From Scyliorhinus canicula (lineage: Eukaryota): DNA of 64,000 bases. Made by a program: the position numbers and the translations under genes. Below, in pieces: positions 48,800 to 62,390 of this stretch. Numbering within the stretch: position 1 is the first letter of the stretch; every line of letters starts with the position of its first letter. The DNA is taken from positions 49,515,531-49,579,530 of the forward strand of contig NC_052158.1 in NCBI RefSeq assembly GCF_902713615.1. Reading direction: 5' to 3'. Below the pieces are notes generated by a model. It ran no database searches. It was not told where the DNA came from and saw nothing but the letters and a program-made list of their open reading frames with translations.

Positions 48800-50510
48800 C
48801 CTTTCTCCCTCTGTGTACCCGAACAGACACCTACTTGTGACAATAAAGATTAAATTAAAAACACAGGTAAGGACGTCAGATTTCCTTCCCGAAAGGACAT
48901 TAATGAATCTGATGGGTTTTTATGGCAATCGACAAAGGTGTAATGGTCACCATGACTGGACTAGCTTTTAAATCCACATTAGAAATTGAATTTAAATTTC
49001 ACCAACTGCTGTGGGGTGTTCTGAATCCAAGTCCTCAGAGCATTAACACAGGTACCTGGCATTATTAATCTAGTGGCTACACGACTGCCACCTCTGAATT
49101 AGAGTCTGTTCCACAACAAGCACCAGCCTGCAATTTCCCTGTGTGGTGATCAGCTACAAGTCCTTTCTTTTTCCTCACTTGACTATCACACACCCTCTAT
49201 TTCCAGCAGGGACACTGGATAGTGACCCAGAGCAGACAATGTAGCAACTTTCTTTCCTCCACCCATACCCCATCTTCCCACTGTGAGGATAGTGGAAAAA
49301 CCAGGTGGACAGACCATAAAACGGTCTACCAATACACTATGAGCTTGTGTTCTACTAGTGAAGACCAATTTTATCCTTCAAGTTAGTGTTTAATATAAAA
49401 TTTAATGGAGATTTTGACATTTCTTCACTTATTTTCCCAAATTTGAAGAAAACACACTGGGCAGGAAGTGCAAGACGCTAAGGAAAATATTGCTTCCTTG
49501 ATTGAAGGATTCTTCCTGGGAAATTAGATACAGTGCACTTAGACTGCACATCCCAAATTCAACTCTCACACACAAAACAATCAAATCCAACCCCAGGCTT
49601 CTTGAAAAGGCCGAGGCCTTAACGTAAAATCATTAAAGAAGACATTGAAATACCCCGATAATTCCCCTTCACCTCATATTCAGCAATGACCCATCACCAA
49701 AACTCAGCCTGTAAATCAGAAGGGAAATGCTTCCAATAAACACCCTCAATATCCAACACACAGCCAATCAAACAGCTCAGCACAAAGCACCGAGTAAACA
49801 GGTCTGTGAGCTGGATCTTCTCACACAGCATAAGGGGCATTTCCACAGCTGATTGCCCACAGGATAGTCAGACTGCCTGAACATTAGTGTGGATATTGTG
49901 CAATGTAATGATTGTAAATTCTGCTCCTTCACTCACCATCTCCTGACTTGGTTTTGAGTCCCTACAGGAAGTGAAGCAGCTGTGGTAGAGGAAGAGGAGA
50001 GAATGGGCAGAGTGGGTGGGCTCTCTGATTGACGTCTCTCACAGACAATCCAAATATTTCTGCAGTAACAGGAGTTTCCTGAAGTTTGGGAAACTGACCG
50101 GGGAAACGGAGGCGACTTTGAGCAGCAGATCAGGTGGGGATTTAAACTTGTCATTGTCCCATCTGAATAAAACCTCACTTTGACAGAGATTTCTAGTGTG
50201 GCAATAGCATTCCTCATCCTCGTGGCTTTCAAACTTGCATCAGTGTGGGTGGGATGTGTAGCCTTAGGTGTGTTTCACACGAGATCAGAAAAGGAAGGCA
50301 GTGGTAGGATGAGCACGTGCTCAGGAGAGAGGGACACTGGAGAGAGAGAGAGGGAGGCCTGAAACGGTTGAACGGAAAAGAGTGCATGAGGAGTTTGAGT
50401 CAGTGTTTGGGGAGAGACTGTTACCGAGGGAGTGGCCACAGTGACTTGTAGAGTTACGCTGTCACTCGCTGTAAACTGTGCTTGGGGACTTTCCTTGACT
50501 CGGAGATTAA
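48800..50510 (-). repeat. Segmental duplicate of ~39150-40900, including promoter module copy 3 (49717-50143; ATG/GTGAGT at 49937/49936)
   Basis: Colinear similarity starting at cctttctccctctgtgtacccgaacag. Confidence 0.85.
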
Positions 50511-50829
50511 CAGCACGGTACCACAAGTGATTAGCACTGTGGCTTCACAGCGCCAGGGTCCCAGGTTCGATTCCCTGCTGTGTCACTGTCTGCGGAGTCT
50601 GCACATTCTCCCCATGTCTGCGTGGGTTTCCTCCGGTTTCCCACAGTCCAAAGACGTGCTGGTTAGGTGGATTGGCCATGATAAATTGCCCTTAGTGTCC
50701 ACAAAAGGTTCGGAGGGGTTATTGGGTTTCGGGGATAAGGTGGGTGAGGGCTTAAGTGGGTCGGTGCAGACTCGATGGGCCGAATGGCCCTCTGCACTGC
50801 ATGTTCTGTGTTCTATGTTGTTCCCACCT

Positions 50830-51600
50830 ATTTTCTGTACCTTAAGATGGAAGTCTCACTCCTTTTCTTGTCCCTTTCTCTCTCTCTTTTATCTCATTTT
50901 CCAACCTCATCACTGCCATTTCTCTCTGTCTTTGCTGCAGTTCTATTTCTATTCTTTTTAATGACCGTTGCTCTAACTGGAACCAAACTCTCTCCACCTC
51001 AATTCCCCCCCCCCGAAGACATCACTGAGTCTACACTAGCTTGTCGGCTCCTCTGTACTCCTCCCACCTCCATCAAATTTAACTGTTTAACCTTCTTAGC
51101 TCTAGCTGGTATACCCAGTTTTAATTTCCCTGCTAATTCGACTGGCGGGTCTTTACGAAGCTCTTCCAAATAAACCAGAGCAAATTTAATGTCTCTTTTT
51201 AATTCATGCTGTAACCCAAATTTGCCGTATTCATCTAACTTTTCAAATCCCGGACGAGCCCCCAATTTATGTTACAACACCCTGGGTTAGGGTACAGTCA
51301 ATTCCAGTCCCTCAAGCCCCTGAGTCCCAACACAAGTGAATTAACTAACAATTGGTATATAGTTTTTGAGATCTTTGACCCTTGACTGTTCCAGTGACTT
51401 ACAGGCACCAGGTTTGTGTAAGTGAAATGCAATGTAAGTGAAACACAACAACTGTTTATTTATAACAATAGAGTGAAGGCATGCAATAATTATACTGGAA
51501 TAATGGACATCCAATCTACTATCCTCCCTTTTACCATCCCACTCTCTACCCAAACACATACAAGATGGAAACACAGGAAAGGGTGAGGGTAAAAATGATG
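50830..51600 (-). mobile_element. Gypsy-type element 5' part: LTR end, tRNA-Pro PBS, gag start
   Basis: Minus strand ...TGTAACA-taaat-TGGGGGCTCGTCCGGGAT (18-nt tRNA-Pro PBS at 51247-51264), then LEELRKD..VELAGKLKL. Confidence 0.75.
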
Positions 51601-52003
51601 TCGGGACTGGATGTCCTGCAACGTTTGATGCCTAAACAGTGTGCCTCTACTCTCAGATCGTTGGCACCATAGAGGTAGCTGTCAATAATCAAACAGTAAA
51701 GAGCAGGACTTCACCACTGAGGACCCTGTCATGGAAGGAGAGTGTCTGGATGATTGGAGAATAGCTGAGCACAACCTCCGTAATGTTGCTGGCAGTGATG
51801 TGGGGTCTAGGGGATCCTCATCTGGCCAGAAGTGAGTGTGCACAGGGAAGTTTGCCAGCACAACTGGCTCACTGGATGGCCATCTGACAGAAGGCAGGAC
51901 AGTCATAGTAAGAGTAGGGGAGGCTTAGGAGATATGATGGTCCTGGGATGGAAGACCTAACTGATCGTCAGTCTCTCTCCTCCAATTCCTCCCAGAAACA
52001 AAA

Positions 52004-52830
52004 GTGATTGCTGATGTTGAACCCATGGAGACTGCATCACATGTGCAGGGTGCTGCCACGTACCCTCAATACCCTGCTGCCCATCAGGCCGAGGAGGGGA
52101 CCAGAAGTGGAATCCAGCAACGTGCCAAGGTATACAGGAATCGTTGGTCCTTCAATGAGCTCACGGGCAGATTATCCAACAGAAGACTGCGTCTCAACAG
52201 AGAGACAGTGCAATACCTGTGCCATGCCCTCGTGGACATAGCACCCTGTGGAGGAGGAGGACACCTGCTCCCGGTGGCTGTGAAGGTCACTGCAGCCTTA
52301 AATTTCACTGAATCATTCCAGGACTTGAGTGGAGACCTGTGTGGCATTTCGCAGTCATCAACCCGCAAACACATCCGCAAGTTGATGTCTGGTTTGTATG
52401 TTTGGTAATGTGACTACATCACCTTCGACATGGACCAGGCCAAGATGCTCGGGCTGCAGGATTCACCACCATTGCAGAAATGCCCTTGGTCCAGGGTGAG
52501 CACCAGGGCATCAGGGAGTGCCCTGTATTAACAGGACGGGGTTTCACTCCTGAACCTTCAGATCATGTGCGACCACCACCTTAGGATCATGCACGTGTGT
52601 GCCCTCTATCCTGGAGTGTGTATGACAGCTACATCCTGGGCACTCCAAGATACCTGGTGTCTTCAAGGACCACTCCAGATGGCAGGTCAGCTCATGGGGC
52701 ACAAGGATACCCGCAGAGGTCATGGCTGATGATGCCTGTGCAGAGGCCTGAGACCGATACAATGAGGCGCACCCTGCCACACATGCTATCATTGAGTGGT
52801 GCATCGGGTTGGTCAAAATCTTGTTCCATC
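52004..52830 (+). pseudogene. PIF/Harbinger DDE transposase remnant
   Basis: RRLRLNRETVQYLC, LPVAVKVTAALNF, DLCGISQSS, GFHS.NLQIMCDH, GYP..WLM, YNEAH..T.AIIE. Confidence 0.88.
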
Positions 52831-53099
52831 ACCTGGACAGCACGGTGGCACAGTGGTTAGCACTGCTGCCTCAGTGTCAGGGACCTGGGTTCAATTTACG
52901 CCTTGGGTGACTGCCAATGTGGAGTTTTTCACTATCTCCCGTGTCAGCACACTCAAACCCATCCTTATTATGGTGTTTGCATCGGGGGCTTTTGATCTTG
53001 GACCATGAGGGGTTGGGGGGAGGGTAAAGATTAACATGACAGGATTCACCTGTATCAGATGAGAAATATCTTAATGGTGAACATTTTAATGAAACAGAT

Positions 53100-55080
53100 T
53101 GCCATTCCCTCCAGCAACAGATAGTGACCTAACCAATGCCCACCCTCACTCTTCTTGATCCTCCATGGTCTATTTCTCTGATTAGGTGTGTCCCCAGGAT
53201 GCATAACTGAGATGGAGACAGCTTGCTGCCTTACCTCCCTGTGGCCTTTGATGCTTTTGGCGGTCATCCTCTGGAAGACCTAGAGCCAAAGCTGACTTAC
53301 TGATGTCACAGGCGGCATCGTGCCACCCTGTTCTGCTTACTGCCTTTTAGATGCTTCAGTGTCAGGAGGGGCGGGATTCTGAAGAAAGAAGAACAAAGAA
53401 CAATGCAGCACAGGAACAGCCCATCAGCCCTCCAAGCCTGCCCCGACCATGGGACCTATCTAAACTAAAACCCTATGCATTTACGGAGTCCGCATCCTTC
53501 TATTCCCAGCCTATTCATATATTTGTCTAGATGCCCTCTAAATGCCTCTATCGTACCTGCTCCCACCACCTCCCCAGGCAGTACGTTCCATATATTTACT
53601 GCCTCTGTGAAAAAAACTTGCCTTAGTCTTAGTAAAACCTTAGTCTCCCTGGTGGAAGGCCCTGGGATAGGCTCCTGCGCTTACTGCGCTGGAGTGAGCT
53701 CCAAAGCTGGAGTGAGCTCCAGAAGCCTCTGAGTCATCTGGCGCTGCCAGTCCTGCAGGCTCCCCATTGTCTGCACTGTGGTGTCGACGCCCTCAGCTAT
53801 GGTCCTCAATGACTGGGCCACGCTCTGGAGTTCCTTGACAATGTCCAGCTGTGTCTGGGACATTTTCCTCAGTGACTGATGAGGCCCTCAGTCACGGTCG
53901 TCATGGACTGAGCCATAACTTGGACAACACCACACAAGACACAGATGATGTGCTCCAGATTTTCCACTGTGGTTGCCACTGTAGCAGTATTGGCCTGAAT
54001 GCCATGCAATTCGCAACATGTGCCTGAAGGCTTTGGGATTCCTCCAACTAGCCTTGCAGTTGTTGAGATATTGCTGACTCCCCCTCCTGAATGTCACTGC
54101 TGTGTCCTATCATCTGCATCAGCTCTGGGAGAACCTTGTCCAGAGGCTCGACATCTGGCTGGGACCCAGCTAAGTCCTGGGATCCAGCAGACCTTCGACT
54201 GCTGGCTCCCTTGGATATTCCTGCCTCCACCTGATGTGCCTCAGCAGCTGTGTGGTGCTCACCAGATAGTGCCCCCGAAGCCTATCAGCTAGTGTCGACC
54301 ACCAAGATGTGTGTCTCTGCGCTGTTGGAAGCTGTGGGTGATAGCTGTGACACATTGCTGGTGTTCTCAGAGCTTTCCTCTGAAGTGGTCTCTTAGTTGG
54401 CATGGAGGTTACAACCTCAAATGGCCCGGCCTCATCAGAAGGTGATCCTGTGAGATAATAGACGTGGTGAGTGAGAAGGAAGGACCATTTTATGGGACAT
54501 CAATAACTCACTTGAGACAGTTATCTGGATGAAGGGATAATGGATTCTCACCTGTGTGGCACAGGTCAACCTCGCTGTTGGTCACTGTTCTCTCCTTGGG
54601 CAACCCCTCAATCTCCAGTGACCTTTCCTCAGGGGGTGAGGACTCGTATCTCTGGCATCTGCCCTTCATCTTCATTCTTTTTCTCTTTTATGGGCTATCT
54701 TCTCCTGCGGGGCCAAAGAGGGCATTGTGAGCCATGCGCCTGATGGATCAGGGGTTCTATAGCTGGTGGCAGGTCTGGGCAATGCACCAAGAGATGAAGG
54801 GTTTGTGATGGCGAGTACCGGGAGTGGGGGGGATGGTGTTCCTGAGGAACAAGCTTGGAGATCAGATGTTGGGAGTGTGCGAGATGTCAGCAAGTGGCTT
54901 AGGTGGGTGGGTGGGGGGGGGGGGGGGGATGCCTGCATTCACTGCAGCTGCCACTGCCTCCCAGGTGGCATTGCTGACCCTGCTGCTGCTTCTTCGAGGA
55001 ACAAGGTGCCTGCCCCACGTCTCATCCAAGGCATCGAGAAGCAAGGTGTAGGTCTCCTTGCTACCATCCTTGTGTCTTGA
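53100..55080 (-). pseudogene. Harbinger Myb/SANT-like second gene remnant, convergent with the transposase
   Basis: LLDAL...WEAVAAAVNA; QEKIAHKREK exon; C-terminal coiled-coil-like LQSVAQSLRTIAEGV. Confidence 0.7.
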
Positions 55081-55162
55081 CTGGGATTGCTGAGGGAGCG
55101 TTTAAAAGCAGCTCCTGCTTGTTAGCAGCTGAGGTGCGAATCAAATGCCAAGGGAGTCAGAC

Positions 55163-55545
55163 ATAGAAAAACATAGAACATAGAAAAATACAGCACAGAA
55201 CAGGCCCTTTGGCCCACGATGTTGTGCCGAACTTTTGTCCTAGATTAAGAACAAATTAATCTACACCCCATCATTCTACCGTAATCCATGTACCTATCCA
55301 ATAGCCGCTTGAAGGTCCCTAATATATCCGTCTCAACTACTTCCACAGGCAATGCATTCCATGCCCCCACTACTCTCTGAGTAAAGAATCTATCTCCGAC
55401 ATCCCCCCTATATCTTCCACCATTCACCTTAAATCTATGTCCCCTTGTAATGGTTTGTTCCACCCAGGGAAAAAGTCTCTGACTATCTATTCCCCTGATC
55501 ATCTTTTAAACCTCTATCAAGTCGCCCCTCACCTTCTCCGTTCTA
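55163..55545 (-). mobile_element. CR1/HER1 3' fragment
   Basis: RGDLIEV, TRGHRFKV, FFTQRVVGAWNALP, FKRLLDRYM. Confidence 0.88.
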
Positions 55546-56214
55546 ACGCGATGGCGAAGATTCGGTAGGGGTGCGGTTTTTTGCACTAAGCATGGGTGAA
55601 TACAGGTCTTGATCTCACCAAACAAGTTGGTGCAAATCAGCCCGCCAAATGTAATTGTAAATGTAAAAGATCGAGGTGCCATTTTTAAAGGGTGCCGCAA
55701 ACTCAGTGAGCTGGATGGTCCCCTCCCCTTCTCAGTGTGCACACTCTGCTATGGAGTGGCTGAGGGTACCCCCATTTTAGACCTTTCCCCAGCCCCCCCA
55801 TTTCAGACCCTACCATTTCAGGACCCTACCCTTCACTCTCCCAACTTTTATGGCACCTCTTCATAACACCCCCTCTTCACACCCCCTTATTCATGGGTAT
55901 GGCCCCATCAAGCCCGACCATTGGCAGTGCCAATCCAGCATCCTGGCATTGACAGCCTGGCACCCAGGCATTGCCCCAGCAACCCTGGCAATGTGAGGCT
56001 TGCAGGTGCCAGTGGTATTGCCCTGCATTGTTCCTGACCACCTGGGGAGCTTCAATGGCCTCCGAGAACGTGGAGTGGCCATCATGCTTGGTTTTGCTTT
56101 TGGAGACCAGTGCTAATCGCCACCCGTTGTGACCTTGCCAGTGCAGCCAGTGGGTGACTCTTAGGTACTGTGAGACCATGGCCTCAAATGGTCTGTGCAT
56201 ATTGAAAAAAATAT

Positions 56215-56382
56215 GGGCTGGATTCTCCGGTCCCCAGCCGTGGTTTTCTGGTGGCGGGATTCTATTTTCCCGTCACTTGTTAATGGGTTTTCCCATTGAA
56301 GCCGGCCCACACCGACGGAAAACCCATAGGTGGGGTGCATTGCCGCGAGAAAAGAAAATCCTGAAGGCTGGAGAATGCAGGC
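56215..56382. mobile_element. Harbinger-type MITE
   Basis: Imperfect TIRs GGGCTGGATTCTCC ... GGAGAATGCAGGC. Confidence 0.55.
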
Positions 56383-57059
56383 TGTGATCCAGATCCCCCG
56401 GGCGCCCACTGGTCAGGTGACTCATGCGTAGATTTGCGCCCGGTGCAAAGCCCAATTTAGGCCTCTCCCATGATGCTCCTGGCGCAACAGGATGGCAAAA
56501 ACATACCCAAGAATTCCATACAAAATACTGGCAAATCACCAGGTAACACTGAGGATAAGGATGATGGAGGAATTAGTAGAGGAATGAGGATTTTAATCAG
56601 CTGATAAAAGTATTTTAAAAGAATGCCACTGTGAATAGTGATTGCTCCTGGAGATAGTAGGGTGGACAGATGTCGTGTGTCCACCATGGCCAGTATCACA
56701 ATGTGGGAATAGAACAATCTAATTGGGATATAGTTAGGGTAGATAGGAAGAAACCTTTCTCTTTAGTAGAGGGGTCAATAACCAGGGGCATTGATTTAAG
56801 GTAATGGGCAGGTGATTTAGAGGGGACTTGAGGAAAAACATTTCCTCTCAGAGAGTGCACTCACTGCCTGAAAAGGTGTTAGAGGTGAGAACCTTCACAA
56901 CATTTAAGAAGTATTTAGATCAGCACTTGAAACACCATAGCAGACAAGGCTACTGACCAAGTGCTGGAACATGGGAGAAGAGTAGATAGACTGATGGCCA
57001 GCATAGGCACCAGGGGCTGAAGGGCCTATTTCTGAGCTGTAAAACTCTCTGATTCTCTG

Positions 57060-58370
57060 AATTCCAGGCCTCACCCTGGTCATTCTTTTATTTCTCACAT
57101 AAGAGTAAAAAGCCTTGGGGTTTTCCTTGATCCGACCCGCCAAGGACTTCTAATGGCCCCTCCTAGCTCTCCTGAAGCCCTTTTTTTTTTTAGCTCATTC
57201 CTTGCTACCTTGTAACCCTCAAGCGACCCAACTGAAACTTGTTTTCTCATCCTTACATGCTCTTCCATTTTCCTCTTGACAAGGCATTCAACCTCTTTTG
57301 TGAAGCCTGGTTCCCTCACATGACCATTTCCTCCCTGCCTGACAGGGACATACCTATCAAGGACACACAGTATTTGTTCCTTGAACAAGCTCCACTTTTC
57401 ATTTGTGCCTTTCCCTGACTGTTTCTGTTCCCATCTTATGCTCCCTAAATCTTGCCTCATCACATCATAATTAACTCTCCCCCAATTATAAACCATGCCC
57501 TGCCATATGAGAGGGATAGGCCCTCTCCATTGCAATAGCGAAAGACACCGAATTGTGGTCACTATCTCCAAAGTGCCCTCCCACAAACAAATCTTAACAC
57601 TTGGCCCGGTTCATTACACAGTACCAAATCCAATCCCTCTTGTCGGCCTATCCACATATTGTGTCAGGAAACTCTCCTGCACACACTGTACAAAAACTGC
57701 CCCATCCGGACTGTTCGACCTATAGAGGTTCCAATCAGTATTTGGAAAGTTAAATTGACCCATGACAACTACCCTGAGACCTCTACACCTATCCATAATC
57801 TGTTTTGCAATTTCTTCCTCCGCATCTCTATTACTATTTGGAGGCCTATAGAAAACTCCTAACAATGTGACCGCTCCTTTCCTATTTCTAACTTCGGCCC
57901 ATATTACCTCAGTAGGCAGATCCCCTTTCAACTTCCTTTCTGCAGCCGTTAAACTATCCTTGATTAACAATGCTACTCCTCCACCTGTTTTACCACCTTC
58001 CCTACTCTAACTGAAACATCTATACCACGGAAGTTCCAACAACCATTCCTGTCCCTGTTCTAACCATGTCTCCGTAATGGCCATAACATCGTAGTCCCAA
58101 GTACCAATCAACGCTCCAAGTTCACCTACCTTATTCTGGATGCTCCTTGCATTGAAGTAGACACTCTTCAACCCACCTTTCTGTCTGCCGGTACACCCCT
58201 GAGATCTTGATACCCTCCTACGTACCTCTACTTTCAACACTGGCTTTTGGACTACAGCCCCCCCCGAGCCGTAGCAAATTTCCCTCCCAGGATATTAGTG
58301 CCCCTCTGGTTCAGGTGCAAACCGACCTGTCTGTGCAGGTCCCACCTTCCCCGGAATGTGCTTCAATTAT
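57060..58370 (-). mobile_element. CR1 LINE endonuclease region
   Basis: YFNARSI.NK, AITETWL, GVFYRPPN, VMGQFNFP. Confidence 0.9.
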
Positions 58371-59157
58371 CCAAGGAACTGAAACTGAAGCAGGTAATGA
58401 AGCAGGGATGGCCCTCATCACCCTGAGTAACAGTTAGACTGTATGTGGGAAAATAAACATTCCCTAAATTAAAGGATGGTTGTCTTTGCTCTTCCAATGA
58501 CTTGACATTCTCCAGTGTGACCCTGAGGTCAGACAGACAGTATTCAACACCAGGTAGTGCCTGAGAAACACGGTTTGTGGGGACAGTGAAGTATTATTTA
58601 GAACCACCTCCTGCTGCAATATTTTGTAACACCTGGACAAACTCAATGTGGATCACGCCATGGTCAGGGGCAGGTTACAGAGCAGCTGATTGTCCTGAGT
58701 GTTGTGTCCCACACTCACTAAGCGTGACACCAGGAATCTTTCCCTTGTTCACGTAACTGGGCAGCACGTCAGCACAGTGGTTAGCACTATGGCTTCACAG
58801 CGGCAGGATCCCAGGTTCGATTCCTGGCTTGGGTCACTGTGCGGGGTCTGCACATTCTCCCGTGTCTGTGGGTTTCCTTCGAGTCTCCGGTTTCCTCTCA
58901 CAAGTCCCGAGAGACGTGCTGTTTGGTGACTTGGACATTCTGAATTCTACCTCTGTGTACCCGAACAGGCGACGGAATGTGGCTACTGGCGGCTTTTCAC
59001 AGTAACTTCATTGCAGTGTTATTTGGGCAGCACGGTAGCATTGTGGATAGCACAATTCCTTCACAGCTCCAGGGTCCCAGGTTCGATTCTGGCTTGGGTC
59101 ACTGTCTGTGCGGAGTCTGCACATCCTCCCCGTGTGTCCGTGGGTTTCCTCCGGGTG

Positions 59158-60471
59158 AACAAAGAGAACAAAGAAAATTACAGCACAGGAACAGGCCCTT
59201 CGGCCCTCCCAGCCTGCGCCGATCCGGATCCTTTATCTAAACCTGTCTCCTATTTTCCAAGGTCTACTTCCCTCTGTTGCCGCCCGTTCATATACCTGTC
59301 TAGATGCCTCTTAAATGATGCTATCGTGCCCGCCTCTACCACCTCCGCGTTCCAGGCACCCACCACCCTCTGCGTAAAAAAACTTTCCACGCACATCTCC
59401 CTTAAACTTTCCTCCTCTCACCTTGAAATCGTGACCCCTTGTAACTGACACCCCCACTCTTGGAAAAAGCTTGTTGCTATCCACCCTGTCCATACCTCTC
59501 ATAATTTTGCATACCTCAATCAGGTCCTCCCTCAACCTCCGTCTTTCCAACGAAAACAATCCTAATTTACTCAACCTCTCTTCAAAGCTAGCACCATCCA
59601 GACCAGGCAATATCCTGGTGAACCTCCTCTGCACCCTCTCCAAAGCATCCACATCCTTCTGGTAATGTGGCGACCAGAACTGCACGCAGTATTCCAAATG
59701 TAGCCTAACCAAAGTCCTATATAACTGTAACATGACCTGCCAACTCTTGTACTCAATACCCCGTCCGATGAAGGCAAGCATGCTGTATGCCTTCTTGACC
59801 ACTCTATCAACCTGCGTTGCCACCTTCAGGGTACAATAGACCTGAACTCCCAGATCTCTCTGTACATCAATTTTCCCCAGGACCCTTCCATTGACCATAT
59901 AGTCCGCTCTTGAATTTGATCTTCCAAAATGCATCACCTCGCATTTGCCTGGATTGAACTCCATCTGCCATTTCTCTGCCCAACTCTCCAATCTATCTAT
60001 ATTTTGTTGTATTCTCTGACAGTCCTCCTCGCCATCTGCAACTCCACCAATCTTAGTATCATCTGCAAACTTGCTAATCAGACCACCTATACCTTCCTCC
60101 AGGTCATTTATGTATATTACAAACAACAGTGGTCCGAGCACGGATCCCTGTGGAACACCACTAGTCACCCTTCTCCATTTTGAGACACTCCCTTCCACCA
60201 CTACTCTCTGTCTCCTGTTGCCCAGCCAGTTCTTTATCCATCCAGCTAGTACACCCTGAACCCCATACGACTTCACTTTTGCCATCAACCTGCAATGGGA
60301 AAACTTATCAAACGCCTTACTAAAGTCCATGTATATGACATCTACAGCCACTTCCTCATCAATTAACTTTGTCACTTCCTCAAAGAATTCTATTAGGTTT
60401 GTAAGACATGACCTTCCTTGCACAAAACCATGCTGCCTATCACTGATAAGTCTATTTTCTTCCAGATGTGA
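59158..60471 (-). mobile_element. Young 5'-truncated CR1/HER1 (RT nearly intact) inside an HE1 SINE
   Basis: QHGFVQGRSCLTNL, GVPQGSVLGP, KFADD; flanking CCGGGTG direct repeats at 59151-57 and 60472-78. Confidence 0.95.
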
Positions 60472-60749
60472 CCGGGTGCTCCGGTTTCCTCCCACAGTCC
60501 AAAGATGTGTTGGGTGGATTGGCTATGATAAATTGCCCTTAGTGTCCAAAATTGCCCTTAGTGTTGGGTGGGGTTACTGGGTTATGGGGATAGGGTGGAG
60601 GTGTTGACCTTGGGTAGGGTGCTCTTTCGAAGAGCCGGTGCAGACTCGATGGGCCGAGTGGCCTCCTTCTGCATTGTAAATTCTCTGATTAATGTCAGCC
60701 TACTTGTGACAATAAAGATGATTATTATTATCAGTGAGAAGTAATAGGT

Positions 60750-61350
60750 GGGATCTTATCCAGTTGGAAACAGTGGGGTGGACGGAAGCAGGTAAGGAAC
60801 CTGTTTGATTCAGTCAGGGATTTTACTGTTGGCTTTTCACCCAGGCACTAGTTCAACATCCTGTGTTGCCAGCCCATCAGAGAGGGCGGGCAGGGTCAGA
60901 TTTGGAATCTGCCAGAGGATGCTCAGAATTACATGTCAGCTGGTTCCTGACATCTGCAGCATCTGGACAACATCTGACCCTGGCAGAGGTCAGAATGTCT
61001 GAACTGGAATCTGATTCCTGAGGATTCAGCAATCACAGGAATAGAGAGGAGAAACCGGGAAAGGTGTCCAGCCAGATCTCGGAAACTTAGCCGGCGATCC
61101 TACTGTGGATAAGAGGAATGGGTCAGCCCTTCAATCCAAGCAGTTGTGGATGGAAGTGGGGAGGGAGTGAACAGCTGAAGTGGCGTCCCTCAAACCCAGT
61201 GACAGCTCCCCCTGGGTGGGGGGGGGGGGGGGGGGGGGGGGGGAGAGGAATAGGGGGTGGGTGGGAAAATGGGTGCTCATAATTTTCTGCATTATCTCTT
61301 TACAGAAGCAGAGAGTGGCAAAGAACTGGCACGGCGGGTTCCGCAGTGAC
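60750..61350 (+). mobile_element. Possible Harbinger Myb-gene remnant
   Basis: LWMEVGRE-like segment and an acceptor followed by ERVAK..TGG.VP-like sequence; highly decayed. Confidence 0.3.
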
Positions 61351-62390
61351 AGACACCCTGAGCATACTGGGAATATGCTCCCATCAGGTCCATTGATGAC
61401 ACTTGATAAACAAATCTCCCTCAGATAATTGGGAAAGCATCCCTGAGACATTGCTGTTGATCAGGTGTTATTGCACAGAGCAGTCCAATCACTCAGTCAC
61501 TGACTCCAGACTCTTTGTTTCCAAGTAGATGAGGTGAGGTTTGGAAATTAAAACATTGAACAATAAAGAGGACAATCCAATTTATGAATAGTCCCACCAA
61601 ACAGTACTTTACAGGGAAATATTTCTCCAGTTCACAATCTGGAGATGAAGCCTGAAACCTGAACAGGAAAAGATGTTTCAAATCCCACCTTGTTGGCTTT
61701 GTTTATGGAATGGGAAATCATATCATAGAATCCCTACAGTGCAGAAGAAGGTCATTTGGCCAATCGAGACTGCACCGACTCTTTGAAATAGCATCCTACC
61801 CATGCCTGCTCCCTCGCCCCATCCCCACAACCCCACCCAATTCATAGAATTTACAGTGCAGAAGGAGGCCATTCGGCCTATCGAGTCTGCACCGGCTCTT
61901 GGAAAGAGCACCCTACCCAAGGTCAACATCTCCACCCTATCCCCATAACCCCACCCAACAATTCTTGGACAAGGGTAATTTAGCATGGCCAATCCACCTA
62001 ACCTGCACATCTTTGGACTGCGGGAGGAAACCCACGCTGATGTGCAAACTCCACACAGACATATCAGGAATGTTGTCAACATTAGGAATAGGACAACATC
62101 TAAACTATGAAGAGGGTGGGATCATGGAATGAGGACGAGAGCTGGTGGTCACACAGGTAATTCACCGTTTTAACCATCTGCTGGTAGAGATTAATCATCT
62201 TGCGCAAGTCAAGGAGACACAGCCGGAGTAAGGCTGTGGGAATTGCAACTTGGTAATTTGGTGCAGTGAGGTAATTCGGTGCAGAGTGAGAGAAGGTGCT
62301 TTTTAACCCTGGTAAGTGACTGGGAAGTAGTTTTTCTTTTCATTGTCTAATTTATTTATTTTTATTTTGAAATTTGTAATGAACAAATTT

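Noticed and set aside
52004-52830. Host HARBI1 gene
   Set aside because: Frameshifted and deleted, paired with a convergent Myb-like remnant as in a transposon copy
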